A DNA stretch of 64,000 nucleotides from Bythopirellula sp. (GTDB lineage: Bacteria > Planctomycetota > Planctomycetia > Pirellulales > Lacipirellulaceae). Both the position numbers and the translations under genes were made by a program. Positions 1 to 8,449 of the stretch are shown here, piece by piece (positions within the stretch are counted from its first letter, which is position 1; the number at the start of each line of letters is the position of its first letter). Location of the stretch: contig OZ244170.1 in the NCBI GenBank assembly GCA_965216565.1, positions 1,312,001-1,376,000 on the forward strand, in the 5' to 3' direction. The notes below the pieces were generated by a model, which saw nothing but the letters and a program-made list of their open reading frames with translations, was not told the DNA's origin and did not search any database.

Positions 1-1
1 A

Positions 2-352
2 TACTATTTACGTCGTCATCCAGTGGCGGTTATTGCAGCTGCGACTGCCGTCGGCTACGCGGTTGTTCCTCGTCGAATAGAGAAGATCACTCCCGACCCA
101 GCTACATTGCGTAAGATGGCGAAGGAGGAAGATCTGGTTGTCGCACCTCGTGCGAAGGCGAGTCAGAGCAATGGAATGGCCGCAAAGCTGTTGACGCTCG
201 CGCTGACAGCTGCGAGCCGATCGGCGTTGGGATTCATCAGTGGAAAACTTGGAGAAGTCGCTGGCTTTAAGGCCGCTGAAAATTCGGGTTCTGGGGCTAC
301 GGACTCAGTGGAGTCTGATTTTGACCAGCACAGTTCAGCTCGGCCGAGATGA
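2..352 (+). CDS. Hypothetical membrane-anchored protein, 5'-partial (YqjK-like position and motif)
   Basis: The frame is open from the window edge (YYLRRHPVAVIAAATAVGYAVVPRR...). It has an HP + hydrophobic helix motif and is the first of four co-oriented small genes. Confidence 0.6.
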   Translation, partial: YYLRRHPVAVIAAATAVGYAVVPRRIEKITPDPATLRKMAKEEDLVVAPRAKASQSNGMAAKLLTLALTAASRSALGFISGKLGEVAGFKAAENSGSGATDSVESDFDQHSSARPR

Positions 353-370
353 TCCTAGCACCATTAGGGA

Positions 371-583
371 GTGGAAATTGTGGCGATAGAATCATCCTAT
401 ACGGGACGAACGTCCGATCCCATTGAGAATCGAAACAGCACTGTGATGCCAATGCAGCAGGCTCCTGCTAATTCACACTGGACACATAAGATTGAGAATT
501 TCCTGGGCAAACACCCAGAGGCAACTCTGGCATTTGCTGTAGGTATTGGATTAGCTTTTGGTTGGTGGACTAAAAGAAAATGA
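371..583 (+). CDS. Small tail-anchored protein, DUF883/ElaB-YqjD C-terminal-like
   Basis: C-terminal ENFLGKHPEATLAFAVGIGLAFGWWTKRK resembles the ElaB/YqjD anchor. The stop overlaps the next start (ATGA). The true start may be a later ATG. Confidence 0.6.
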   Translation: MEIVAIESSYTGRTSDPIENRNSTVMPMQQAPANSHWTHKIENFLGKHPEATLAFAVGIGLAFGWWTKRK

Positions 584-1071
584 ACACAGCAAACGGTTCA
601 GCAGCATCGTCAGATGCGAATGTACGGAAGAGCATGCAGGCGCTTGCACGCGATGCAATTGAGCTCGGCGAACTCCAAGTTCAATTGCTCAAGTTAGACG
701 CATCGGAGTCTGCAAGGGGACTACGCGGCGGTATCGTACTGTTGGCGATCGCAGTTGTAGCCCTGTTTGCAGCGTTACCGATTGTCCTGTTAGCTGTAAC
801 TGAAGCGTTGGTCGTCCACCTGGAGCTATCTCGTATTCTCGCCCTATCCATTTCTGGGGGGGGAGCACTTCTACTAGGCGGTCTACTGCTTTTAGCTGCA
901 TGGGGATACTTTCGCCATGCACTCACTACGTGGGGACGTTCCACTGAAGAGCTCAACCGCAATATGGACTGGCTAAAGTCGGCACTACAAGCCGATAGCT
1001 CGTCACAATCTGCTGTCAGAAAACCAACTGAAAAAACTCACAACCCATCTAGGAGTCCTCAATATGGCTGA
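580..1071 (+). CDS. YqjE-like / phage holin superfamily membrane protein
   Basis: N-terminal amphipathic helix (LARDAIELGELQVQLLKLDASE), two TM helices and a C-terminal EELNRNMDWLK segment. Confidence 0.7.
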   Translation: MNTANGSAASSDANVRKSMQALARDAIELGELQVQLLKLDASESARGLRGGIVLLAIAVVALFAALPIVLLAVTEALVVHLELSRILALSISGGGALLLGGLLLLAAWGYFRHALTTWGRSTEELNRNMDWLKSALQADSSSQSAVRKPTEKTHNPSRSPQYG

Positions 1072-1264
1072 TTCAACAGTCGAGCAACAAGCTGATTCTT
1101 ATCGTACGACACAAGGCCAGTATGCGGCGAGAGGGACTAATTTAGATCCCAAGGGCGACTTGGTCGATTACGTCAAGGAATATGCCCGAGAAAAACCTGA
1201 GGTCGCAGCACTTTGGTGCTTGGGGATCGGTTTTGTATTGGGTTGGAAGCTAAAGCCCTGGTAG
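1064..1264 (+). CDS. Small tail-anchored protein, DUF883-like
   Basis: YVKEYAREKPEVAALWCLGIGFVLGWKLKPW; AGGAG RBS upstream; overlaps the previous stop. Confidence 0.7.
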   Translation: MADSTVEQQADSYRTTQGQYAARGTNLDPKGDLVDYVKEYAREKPEVAALWCLGIGFVLGWKLKPW

Positions 1265-1289
1265 TATCGCACTAAGATCATTCGCGATC

Positions 1290-2183
1290 TTAGGGAGCGA
1301 CGTGTGGATCTGAAGATGGTAGAGGACTTTCAGGATTTTCTTGCCGGGCTCGAAGCGCTTGAACAAATTCTGCGCCAAAAAAGAGTACGCTTACTGCATA
1401 GTAGGCCCAGAGCATGACAGCCATGAAAGTGCCGAGTACTCCGTAAGCGCCTCCATATCGTTGCCCGATCACAAATTGTGCGAGTAGCTGTCTACCAATT
1501 TCCCATGCGATGGCCGCAAAAAGACCTCCAGCGATCGCATGGAGCCAAGATACGTCAACCTTAGGTATCCAGCGATAGATCAGAGAGAACGCAATGACGT
1601 TGAGGACCAGGGTTACTCCAAAATCAAGTAACCAACCTAGCTCTTCACTCCATGGTAAGATCTGATTCGATGCTTCTTGGATGGAAGTCAAAATAACCCC
1701 TGCTAGGAAAACACCCATAATCAACCCACCCAGTGCTAAAAGCATCACTAGGGCTTTGAGGCGTTTTTGCAGGACGTTCAGCACAGAGTGCCAAAGGCCT
1801 CGGTTACTCTTAGGCTCGATATTCCATATCCAATCGAAGGCGTGGTCGAATTGGGAAAACATCGCCAGGGCAGCTATTAGGAGAGTGATTACTCCTGTCG
1901 GTCCACCCACATGGGCTTTCCCGCGGATTTGCTCGAAGACTTCCCCTAGTTGACGTCCGAGTTCAGGGGAAAGCTGCTCCGAAACTGCGTTCATGAGCTG
2001 CTGCTCTGCTTCCCTGCCTGAATCCGTACCGCTAAAAAAGAATCCAAGCCCAGAGATCAAAATGAGCAGCATCGGAAAGAGAGAAAGTGCAATATAGTAA
2101 GCAACTCCTGCAGCGAGGAGAGGACCACCATCCTGCGACCAACGTCGATATGCATCAGTAAGTAGGTTCAATGCCGATTTCAC
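1290..2183 (-). CDS. YihY/virulence factor BrkB family membrane protein
   Basis: LAAGVAYYIALSLFPML, YRWIP and YGGAYGVLGTFMAVMLWAYY...GAEF motifs. Confidence 0.9.
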   Translation of the reverse strand: MKSALNLLTDAYRRWSQDGGPLLAAGVAYYIALSLFPMLLILISGLGFFFSGTDSGREAEQQLMNAVSEQLSPELGRQLGEVFEQIRGKAHVGGPTGVITLLIAALAMFSQFDHAFDWIWNIEPKSNRGLWHSVLNVLQKRLKALVMLLALGGLIMGVFLAGVILTSIQEASNQILPWSEELGWLLDFGVTLVLNVIAFSLIYRWIPKVDVSWLHAIAGGLFAAIAWEIGRQLLAQFVIGQRYGGAYGVLGTFMAVMLWAYYAVSVLFFGAEFVQALRARQENPESPLPSSDPHVAP

Positions 2184-2620
2184 TGATCACCTTGGCTCTC
2201 CATCTCTTGAATATACTCGCTGGCGAACGACTTTTTTTCGCCCTCGTCTAGAACCTTCCCTGCGAGTTGAAAAATCTCCTGCTCTTCTTCATCGAGATGA
2301 TGGATCAATTTCTCCTCCAGTTTCTTGGCGGTAGTCAGCCATCCTGATGAACTACGGTCAGTCTTGTCAAGCTCTGCGATAAGCTCATCAAGCTCGTGGT
2401 GCTCGGCTACACCATGGCGTGCTTTCTCCTGAGTTAAATCCTTTTCCATTAAAGGCACATAGAAGTGGCGTTCTTCCGCTACAGCGTGCTTCTCCAACTC
2501 AGCTTTCAGTTTCGAATAGAGTTCTTCTCTGCCGTCGCTATCGCCATGCGTTTTGGCCAGCAGCTTGACAAGCGTACGTTGCTTTTCATGGTCTTTACGT
2601 ATTGCATCAAAAATGTTCAT
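2180..2620 (-). CDS. Hemerythrin/HHE cation-binding domain protein
   Basis: Start taken at MNIFDAIRKDH (ATG 2620); HAVAEE, AEHHE and HHLDEEE motifs. Confidence 0.88.
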   Translation of the reverse strand: MNIFDAIRKDHEKQRTLVKLLAKTHGDSDGREELYSKLKAELEKHAVAEERHFYVPLMEKDLTQEKARHGVAEHHELDELIAELDKTDRSSSGWLTTAKKLEEKLIHHLDEEEQEIFQLAGKVLDEGEKKSFASEYIQEMESQGDQ

Positions 2621-2710
2621 TGCAGTGTTCTTCCGGCTTAGGGGTTCACAACGCCAAGCCAATAACAGCGGCCGAGTAATGGCAAACAGATTAGCAGCTT
2701 TGGAGTGCGG

Positions 2711-2986
2711 CTATTCGACTTCTACTTCAACGCTATTGCGTTCCAGGTCATTGCCAATTTCATCCACGGTATCCTCAACATCTTCGGCGGCTTCTTCGAT
2801 TGGCCCATCAGCATCTAGGTTGTCACCTTCCAAAGCTTCTCCTGTGTCATCGATTGTTTCGTCAATTCCCTCAGCAGCTTCCTCGACTGGACCCTCGTTG
2901 ACGTCCACTTCGCAGCCGGTAAGGCCGAGGCAAAAAAAGGCAGCAAAGATCCCAGTAAGATAAAACGGGCGGATAAATTTCGGCAT
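2711..2986 (-). CDS. Small acidic lipoprotein with internal repeat (GPVEEAAE / GPIEEAAE)
   Basis: Lipobox LGLTGC; GGAGAAG RBS; very acidic repeated mature part. Confidence 0.75.
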   Translation of the reverse strand: MPKFIRPFYLTGIFAAFFCLGLTGCEVDVNEGPVEEAAEGIDETIDDTGEALEGDNLDADGPIEEAAEDVEDTVDEIGNDLERNSVEVEVE

Positions 2987-3043
2987 GACTCTTCTCCAAT
3001 TTATGAGGATGTGTGAAAAAACTTTGTGATTGTAAAACTGTGA

Positions 3044-4087
3044 TCATTCGCCATTGCTGAACTCACGATAGGCATCACGATGCTTGGCTGGCTTCGGTGG
3101 GTTTTCACCTGCGGGCCAACCTTCGCGTTGCTTAGTGCGGTCGCCATCTGTGGCCTCTGTTTGATCGTGAAACAGTTGAACAGTAGTCGGATAAGGCATG
3201 TCGATGTGTGCTTCGTCGAGTGCTTCCTTAATGTTAGAGATAACTTCGTGCGAAGTTTTTACGACACTAGCACGGTCCGATTTGCTCCACCACCGAGCTC
3301 TTAAATTCACACTGGACCCTGCCAACTCTACGGCCAGAATCTCAGGAGCTGGTTCGCTTAATACCCCATCGGAATTCTCAATTGCCTTCAGCATGACCTT
3401 GGCTGCTTCACGTAGATCATCGCCGTAACCGATTCCTACGTCGTATTGCGAGCGATGAGTGTCGTGGGCAGTCTTTACAACAACCGGGTTGGTGTAAATC
3501 TGACTATTTGGGATTACCACTCTTTGACCATCATACGTTTTAATTATCGTCGCACGAGTTTCAATCGATTCTACGGTTCCTTCGTGATCTCCTGAAACGA
3601 TCTGATCCCCCACGGAAAATGGCTCGCGAAGTAGAATTAATATCCCTGCCATAAAGTTCTGCAGGATGTCCTTAAATGCAAATCCAATAGCAACACCACC
3701 AACTCCCAGTGTTGTTAGCAATTTTGCAGGTGTAACCGACGGTGCGATGACGGCGACTGCCACCATGAGACCCACAAAAATAAGTACCCATTGCGCGAGA
3801 CGGCCCAGTACCTTGCCGACATTTGCTGTTTCGCGTTCAGCGGTTGTGCTGCGTATAAAACTGCGGACGACTTTTGCAAGGATGAAAAATACTGCAAATA
3901 CAAGTATCGCAATAGCAAGGTGAGGTAAACGAGACAACGTGGAGTCGATCATGTTGTCGAGCGTCTCCCACACGCTCTTGACACTCATATCGATTGTTCC
4001 TGCCTTATCTTCAGTAGCATCACTGTTTTCGCCAGTTCCTTGTGCCTGGGCAAGCAACCACAATATTTGCATCCGCATTCTCCACAT
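3044..4087 (-). CDS. Small-conductance mechanosensitive channel (MscS family)
   Basis: LGVGGVAIGFAFKDILQNFMAGILIL, PFSVGD and IPNS motifs. Confidence 0.92.
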   Translation of the reverse strand: MWRMRMQILWLLAQAQGTGENSDATEDKAGTIDMSVKSVWETLDNMIDSTLSRLPHLAIAILVFAVFFILAKVVRSFIRSTTAERETANVGKVLGRLAQWVLIFVGLMVAVAVIAPSVTPAKLLTTLGVGGVAIGFAFKDILQNFMAGILILLREPFSVGDQIVSGDHEGTVESIETRATIIKTYDGQRVVIPNSQIYTNPVVVKTAHDTHRSQYDVGIGYGDDLREAAKVMLKAIENSDGVLSEPAPEILAVELAGSSVNLRARWWSKSDRASVVKTSHEVISNIKEALDEAHIDMPYPTTVQLFHDQTEATDGDRTKQREGWPAGENPPKPAKHRDAYREFSNGE

Positions 4088-4157
4088 CTAATGAGATTTA
4101 AGAGTTACTGTTTCAAATTCTGTTCTGCGTAAATTAATCAGAGAGCATGCGCAGGTC

Positions 4158-4292
4158 TTAGAGTCGTCCGGTTAGCAGCATGATGATCAAGATCAATAGG
4201 ATCAATCCTCCTAAGCCGCCAACATAGATGTTTTGAATGAGAGCAGCGACGATGAGAATGATGAGTACCGTACCGAGTAAACCGTAGCGCAA
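4158..4292 (-). CDS. DUF3309-like 44-aa membrane peptide (absent from the ORF track)
   Basis: Manual translation: MRYGLLGTVLIILIVAALIQNIYVGGLGGLILLILIIMLLTGRL*. TTG start with GGAGAG RBS; GGLG...LL.GRL ending typical of DUF3309. Confidence 0.72.
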   Translation of the reverse strand: MRYGLLGTVLIILIVAALIQNIYVGGLGGLILLILIIMLLTGRL

Positions 4293-4413
4293 GATTCTCT
4301 CCAATAGCTAGTAGTTAATGCTTAGGCCACGCCGCAAAATTGTGAAATGATCCGGGGGCAAGTCGATGTTTCTATTACTTGACCAACAGATTACTGATTG
4401 CCGATCAAGTGAA

Positions 4414-4590
4414 TCACTTCGTAACAATAATCCACACTGCATGAATGATGCCGGGGATATAGCCAAGTAAAGTCAGCAATAGGTTTAGCCAAAAGTGCTT
4501 TCCTAACCCCACTTCCAAAAACACGCCAAGAGGCGGTAGGAAGATTGCCAATAATAGTTTGATGATGTCAGAGCCTTCTAAACCGCTCAT
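4414..4590 (-). CDS. YqaE/Pmp3 family membrane proteolipid
   Basis: DIIKLLLAIFLPPLGVFLEVGLGKHFWLNLLLTLLGYIPGIIHAVWII; ATG at 4590 with GGAGG RBS. Confidence 0.92.
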   Translation of the reverse strand: MSGLEGSDIIKLLLAIFLPPLGVFLEVGLGKHFWLNLLLTLLGYIPGIIHAVWIIVTK

Positions 4591-4692
4591 GGAAACACTT
4601 CCTCCAGTGATAATCCAAATCAATTTGTTACTTGTTATTTCAACTGGGACTCTAGTCCTAGAGGTCGTTATCACAAGCCTGAAAAACTTGGT

Positions 4693-4708
4693 TGCAAACG
4701 GCATACCA
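4693..4708 (-). promoter_or_regulatory. Putative sigma54 (-24/-12) promoter
   Basis: Minus strand TGGTATGCCGTTTGCA vs consensus TGGCACGNNNNTTGCW, with exact GG-N10-GC spacing. It lies about 100 bp upstream of the Pmp3 gene, and a sigma54 activator gene is 1.5 kb away. Confidence 0.6.
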
Positions 4709-4897
4709 AACTCAAAACGGCGCAGTAGTTGCTCTTGAGACTGAGGTTGGCGGCTAGTCACTGGCCAAGGTTGGCTGGGATAGCAGACTGTGGAAGGCAC
4801 AATTCATCGTTGATGAAAGAGTGAATGTAGAAAAACTAAACGTAAAAATCGCACCATAGAGCATTTCAGTCGCTCGTCAGGCTTTTGAATCGGACCT

Positions 4898-5293
4898 GTG
4901 TCCGTAGAGAGATTTAGGATGGATGAGAAGAGCAAGCCACTGCAATTGATGATTGCCGATGACGATCCACTTTTTCGTCGTGGTGTACGCCAGCTTGTCG
5001 GTCATCTGGACAATCTGTCGCTTTCCGCGGAGGCCGAAGATGGGGTCGAGGCTGTTGAAAAAGCCATCAAACACTCGCCCGACGTGGTGCTTATCGACTA
5101 CCAAATGCCCAGGATGGATGGTGCAGCGGCTGCTCAAGAAATCCTTAAGGCTCGCCCAGAAACAAGGCTAATTGCAATTTCTGCATATTTGGATAAGCAA
5201 TCTGCGGCGGCAATGATCGATGCGGGCGTGATGGCCCTTTTCGCAAAGAATGAGGGGCCATCGAAGTTGCTGGAACTATTGAAGACTCTCTGA
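4898..5293 (+). CDS. Stand-alone response regulator receiver protein
   Basis: IADDD, VLIDYQMPRMDG, ISAY and FAK receiver motifs; no output domain; probable start ATG 4919. Confidence 0.88.
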   Translation: MSVERFRMDEKSKPLQLMIADDDPLFRRGVRQLVGHLDNLSLSAEAEDGVEAVEKAIKHSPDVVLIDYQMPRMDGAAAAQEILKARPETRLIAISAYLDKQSAAAMIDAGVMALFAKNEGPSKLLELLKTL

Positions 5294-5330
5294 ACCGTTT
5301 TGCGAAGCTTGACTCTGATTCTTAGCTCGT

Positions 5331-6023
5331 TCAGCAGCTCTTGTCTTCGCTGTCTTGCACCCAGAGGGCTGCGAGGCGAATCAACTCGTTTAGATTGGAT
5401 ATGGCCAATTTCTTTTTAATTCGGTCTCGATGAGTCTCGATGGTCTTGCTACTCAAATGCAGATCTTCGGCAATCTGATTCGTGGTACGACCCAACCCAA
5501 TCGCTTCAAAGACTTGAAGTTCTCGATTGCTAAGCAACTCTACGGAGACAACATCTGCATTTTCACCGTTACCGGAGTGTGTTCCCGAATGAAGTAAAGA
5601 CTCGCGCCCCAGCTTCTGCTTGAGAAGAAGCTGATTCATTTCTGGGCTAAGAAAAACATCACCGGCAAGGACAGACCTGACGGCCGTGATTGTCATCTGG
5701 GGGTCTTCATCTTTGCTGACGAAACCAGAAGCGCCCGCATTAATTGCTCGTTCTGCATAAACACGTTCGTCACGGCTGCTAAGTACAAGGATTCTCTGAT
5801 CGGGATAGGCAGCGGCAAATTCATCGATAAGCTCGAGCCCCGATCCTTGCTGGAGGGATAAATCAACAATGATCAAATCCACCGGTTCTTTTTGGAGCGA
5901 TTGTCTCGCCGCATCCACAGATGCGGCGACTCCGACAACACGCAGATCCCCTTCTCGTTCGAGCAGCTCGGTCAATCCTCGCTGAAACAAAGGGTGATCT
6001 TCGACTAGAAAGACATTGATCAT
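5331..6023 (-). CDS. NarL/FixJ family response regulator (REC + LuxR HTH)
   Basis: VEDH, VDLSL receiver; LSNRELQVF...IAEDLHLSSKTIETHRDRIKKKL HTH. Confidence 0.93.
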   Translation of the reverse strand: MINVFLVEDHPLFQRGLTELLEREGDLRVVGVAASVDAARQSLQKEPVDLIIVDLSLQQGSGLELIDEFAAAYPDQRILVLSSRDERVYAERAINAGASGFVSKDEDPQMTITAVRSVLAGDVFLSPEMNQLLLKQKLGRESLLHSGTHSGNGENADVVSVELLSNRELQVFEAIGLGRTTNQIAEDLHLSSKTIETHRDRIKKKLAISNLNELIRLAALWVQDSEDKSC

Positions 6024-6208
6024 GCTTTAAAAATATGAACGTTTTGGCACTTGGCAGAGTGGTGAGATGTCTATAGTTGCTGTAGAGATTAGGGAATTTT
6101 CCTACATCATTTTCAGACATCGCCCGACTACATTCAAGCCGCCAGGCGGGTAATAATTTGCAGTAAATATTCGGAAACACTCTCGTGGATAGCTAAAGGG
6201 GACATAAA

Positions 6209-7222
6209 GTGCATAGTGGGGATACAAGTATAACGGCAGTAGTACCCCTGCAATTTCAGGGACAGATTGAACCGATAACTTCTAATACAGAGAGATTTCC
6301 CTGGCTAATCGGCAAGTCGAGCAGCTTTACACAAGTGGTGCAACAAGCAAAGCGGGCAGCCGAATCTGATTGCCATGTGCTTATCACGGGCGAGACCGGG
6401 ACGGGAAAAGAACTCATCGCCCGAGCCATCCATGAGACAAGCCAGCGATCGGGTGAACTTGTGGCCGTGAACGTGGCCGCCGTTCCCGAAGGGTTGGTCG
6501 AAAGCGAGTTGTTCGGACACGCTCGTGGGGCATTTACTGGTGCCTCCACTGCCCGCGATGGTTGCTTTATATCCGCTGAGGCGGGCACGCTGCTGCTAGA
6601 CGAGGTGGGAGACCTCGATTTGCCCTCTCAGACAAAACTGCTCCGTGTGCTCGAGGAACAGCGAGTTCGACCTGTGGGCAAAGACGAGTTGACTCGAACC
6701 AACGCTCGCGTTCTCGCGGCAACTAGTCGCAACCTGGAAAAACTTGTTCAGGAAGGCAAGTTCCGACAGGATCTATTCTATCGCCTCAATGTATTGAGGA
6801 TTCATGTGCCTGCCTTGCGAGAACGTCCCGACGACATTCCTCTGCTGGTGGACTTCTTCGTCAAAGATGCCGCAAACCGACACTGCAAAGGAAAACTGAG
6901 AGTCGAAGCGTCTTTGATGGAATGGCTGAAAGTTCATCAGTGGCCTGGTAACGTCAGGCAACTGCGGAATATCGTGGAGAGTCTTGTTGTTCTGTGCGAT
7001 AGCGATCTGCTAAAAATCCAGGATCTTCCTGAGGTCCCTGAACAAGACCAATCAGCAGATGAAGTTGCCTGGGAGGAAGGGACCTTGCGAGAAATCGAAA
7101 ACCGATTAATCCGCCAAAGATTAAAACGCTTCGATGGAAATAAGCGACTTGCAGCTCAATCTCTAGATATTTCAGTAAGAACTATCCAACGCCGTATCGC
7201 AGATGTAAATCTAATCGGGTAA
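6209..7222 (+). CDS. Sigma54-dependent transcriptional activator (AAA+ + Fis HTH) lacking an N-terminal sensor domain
   Basis: GETGTGKE, ESELFGHARGAFTGA, LLDEVGD, FRQDLFYRL, WPGNVRQL and a C-terminal HTH. Confidence 0.92.
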   Translation: MHSGDTSITAVVPLQFQGQIEPITSNTERFPWLIGKSSSFTQVVQQAKRAAESDCHVLITGETGTGKELIARAIHETSQRSGELVAVNVAAVPEGLVESELFGHARGAFTGASTARDGCFISAEAGTLLLDEVGDLDLPSQTKLLRVLEEQRVRPVGKDELTRTNARVLAATSRNLEKLVQEGKFRQDLFYRLNVLRIHVPALRERPDDIPLLVDFFVKDAANRHCKGKLRVEASLMEWLKVHQWPGNVRQLRNIVESLVVLCDSDLLKIQDLPEVPEQDQSADEVAWEEGTLREIENRLIRQRLKRFDGNKRLAAQSLDISVRTIQRRIADVNLIG

Positions 7223-7234
7223 ACTTAGCGGATA

Positions 7235-8365
7235 TTGAACACCCACGATTCTGCACTTCCAGGTGCTCACACTCCCGGAGCACACTCTATGACCACTTTC
7301 AAAGTCGATCCCTGGTTCTCTCATCTTGCCGGCTTAGGGTCTACAGGAGTCATGATGTTTGACCCAGATGGGGTCATTCAGTTTGTTAGTGGCCCTGCTC
7401 GAAAGATCTTGCACGTAGATGTCGAAGATCATGTCGAGGACTGTATTGAACCTCTTGCAGATGAATTAGAAGAAATTGTTACGCAATGTGGTTGCTGCGA
7501 AGAGGGGGATGGCCTTGATGAATTATCCAGAATCGTGGAGATCTCCGCACCCGTCGATCCAAAGCAGGTACGCATCAATGCCACGAAGATCGAGCTAGAA
7601 GACTGTCAGGGCACTCTGATATTGATTCAGGACCTGAGTATCGAAAGTCAAATGCAGCGTGATTTGCTTTTGGCTTCTCGATTTCGGAATGTTGGGCAAC
7701 TATACCAATCCATGGCCCACGACCTTCGGAATCCCGTTGGCCTCATTCGCATTTACGCCGACTTGCTGCAGGGGACTTTCGACCTGTTACCAAATTCAGA
7801 GTCGACCACGGTCTCGAAGCAGCGCGAGCATCTGGATGTTATCGTCGACGCGATCAAGACAATGGACCAGTCTTTAGACCTCTTGTTCGATGAGTTAGTC
7901 GTCTCTGAAAACGATTCTGGCGTCATCGACGTACGATCCGCTGTGGCCGCAGTCATTCGACTAGCCGAAGCTCAGGCAAAGCGTCAGAAAGTAACAGTCG
8001 TTGCTAGTCTGCCTGGTGATACAGTTCACTTGCATGGAAACGAATCACAGTTCCGCCTGGCCTTACTCAATATTGCCAATAATGCACTTCAAGCTATGCC
8101 TGATGGTGGCGAACTGAGAATTACCTTAGAACTGCTACCTGACAAGACCGAGATTAGCTTTGCTGACAACGGTAAAGGGATTTGCAAAGATCTGCTGAAT
8201 CGGGTTTTTGATAAGTACTACAGCACCAAGCGGTCCGGCACCGGGATTGGGCTTCACATTGCCCGGGAAACGATTGAAGAGCTAGGGGGTGCAATTGGAG
8301 TGGAGAGTCTAGCCGGTGAAGGATCTAATTTTAGTATCACCCTACCAAGGTATGATCGTGAGTAG
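7235..8365 (+). CDS. Cytoplasmic sensor histidine kinase (PAS-like + HisKA + HATPase)
   Basis: AHDLRNP H-box, NIANNALQAM N-box, DNGKGI and GTGIGL G-boxes. Confidence 0.9.
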   Translation: MNTHDSALPGAHTPGAHSMTTFKVDPWFSHLAGLGSTGVMMFDPDGVIQFVSGPARKILHVDVEDHVEDCIEPLADELEEIVTQCGCCEEGDGLDELSRIVEISAPVDPKQVRINATKIELEDCQGTLILIQDLSIESQMQRDLLLASRFRNVGQLYQSMAHDLRNPVGLIRIYADLLQGTFDLLPNSESTTVSKQREHLDVIVDAIKTMDQSLDLLFDELVVSENDSGVIDVRSAVAAVIRLAEAQAKRQKVTVVASLPGDTVHLHGNESQFRLALLNIANNALQAMPDGGELRITLELLPDKTEISFADNGKGICKDLLNRVFDKYYSTKRSGTGIGLHIARETIEELGGAIGVESLAGEGSNFSITLPRYDRE

Positions 8366-8449
8366 TTTCTCAGTTCTCATTTCATGCCTCAACCTACCAC
8401 ATTAGCCGCTAGTCTATTGGTGAGATAGAAAGCGCCTCAGACAATATCT

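Noticed and set aside
580..1071. Holin as evidence of a prophage
   Set aside because: YqjE-like context among stress genes; no phage structural or lysis genes nearby.
4591..4800. N-terminal 70 aa of the 128-aa ORF 4414-4800
   Set aside because: Pmp3 homology starts at ATG 4590 with an RBS, and the extension covers the putative sigma54 promoter.
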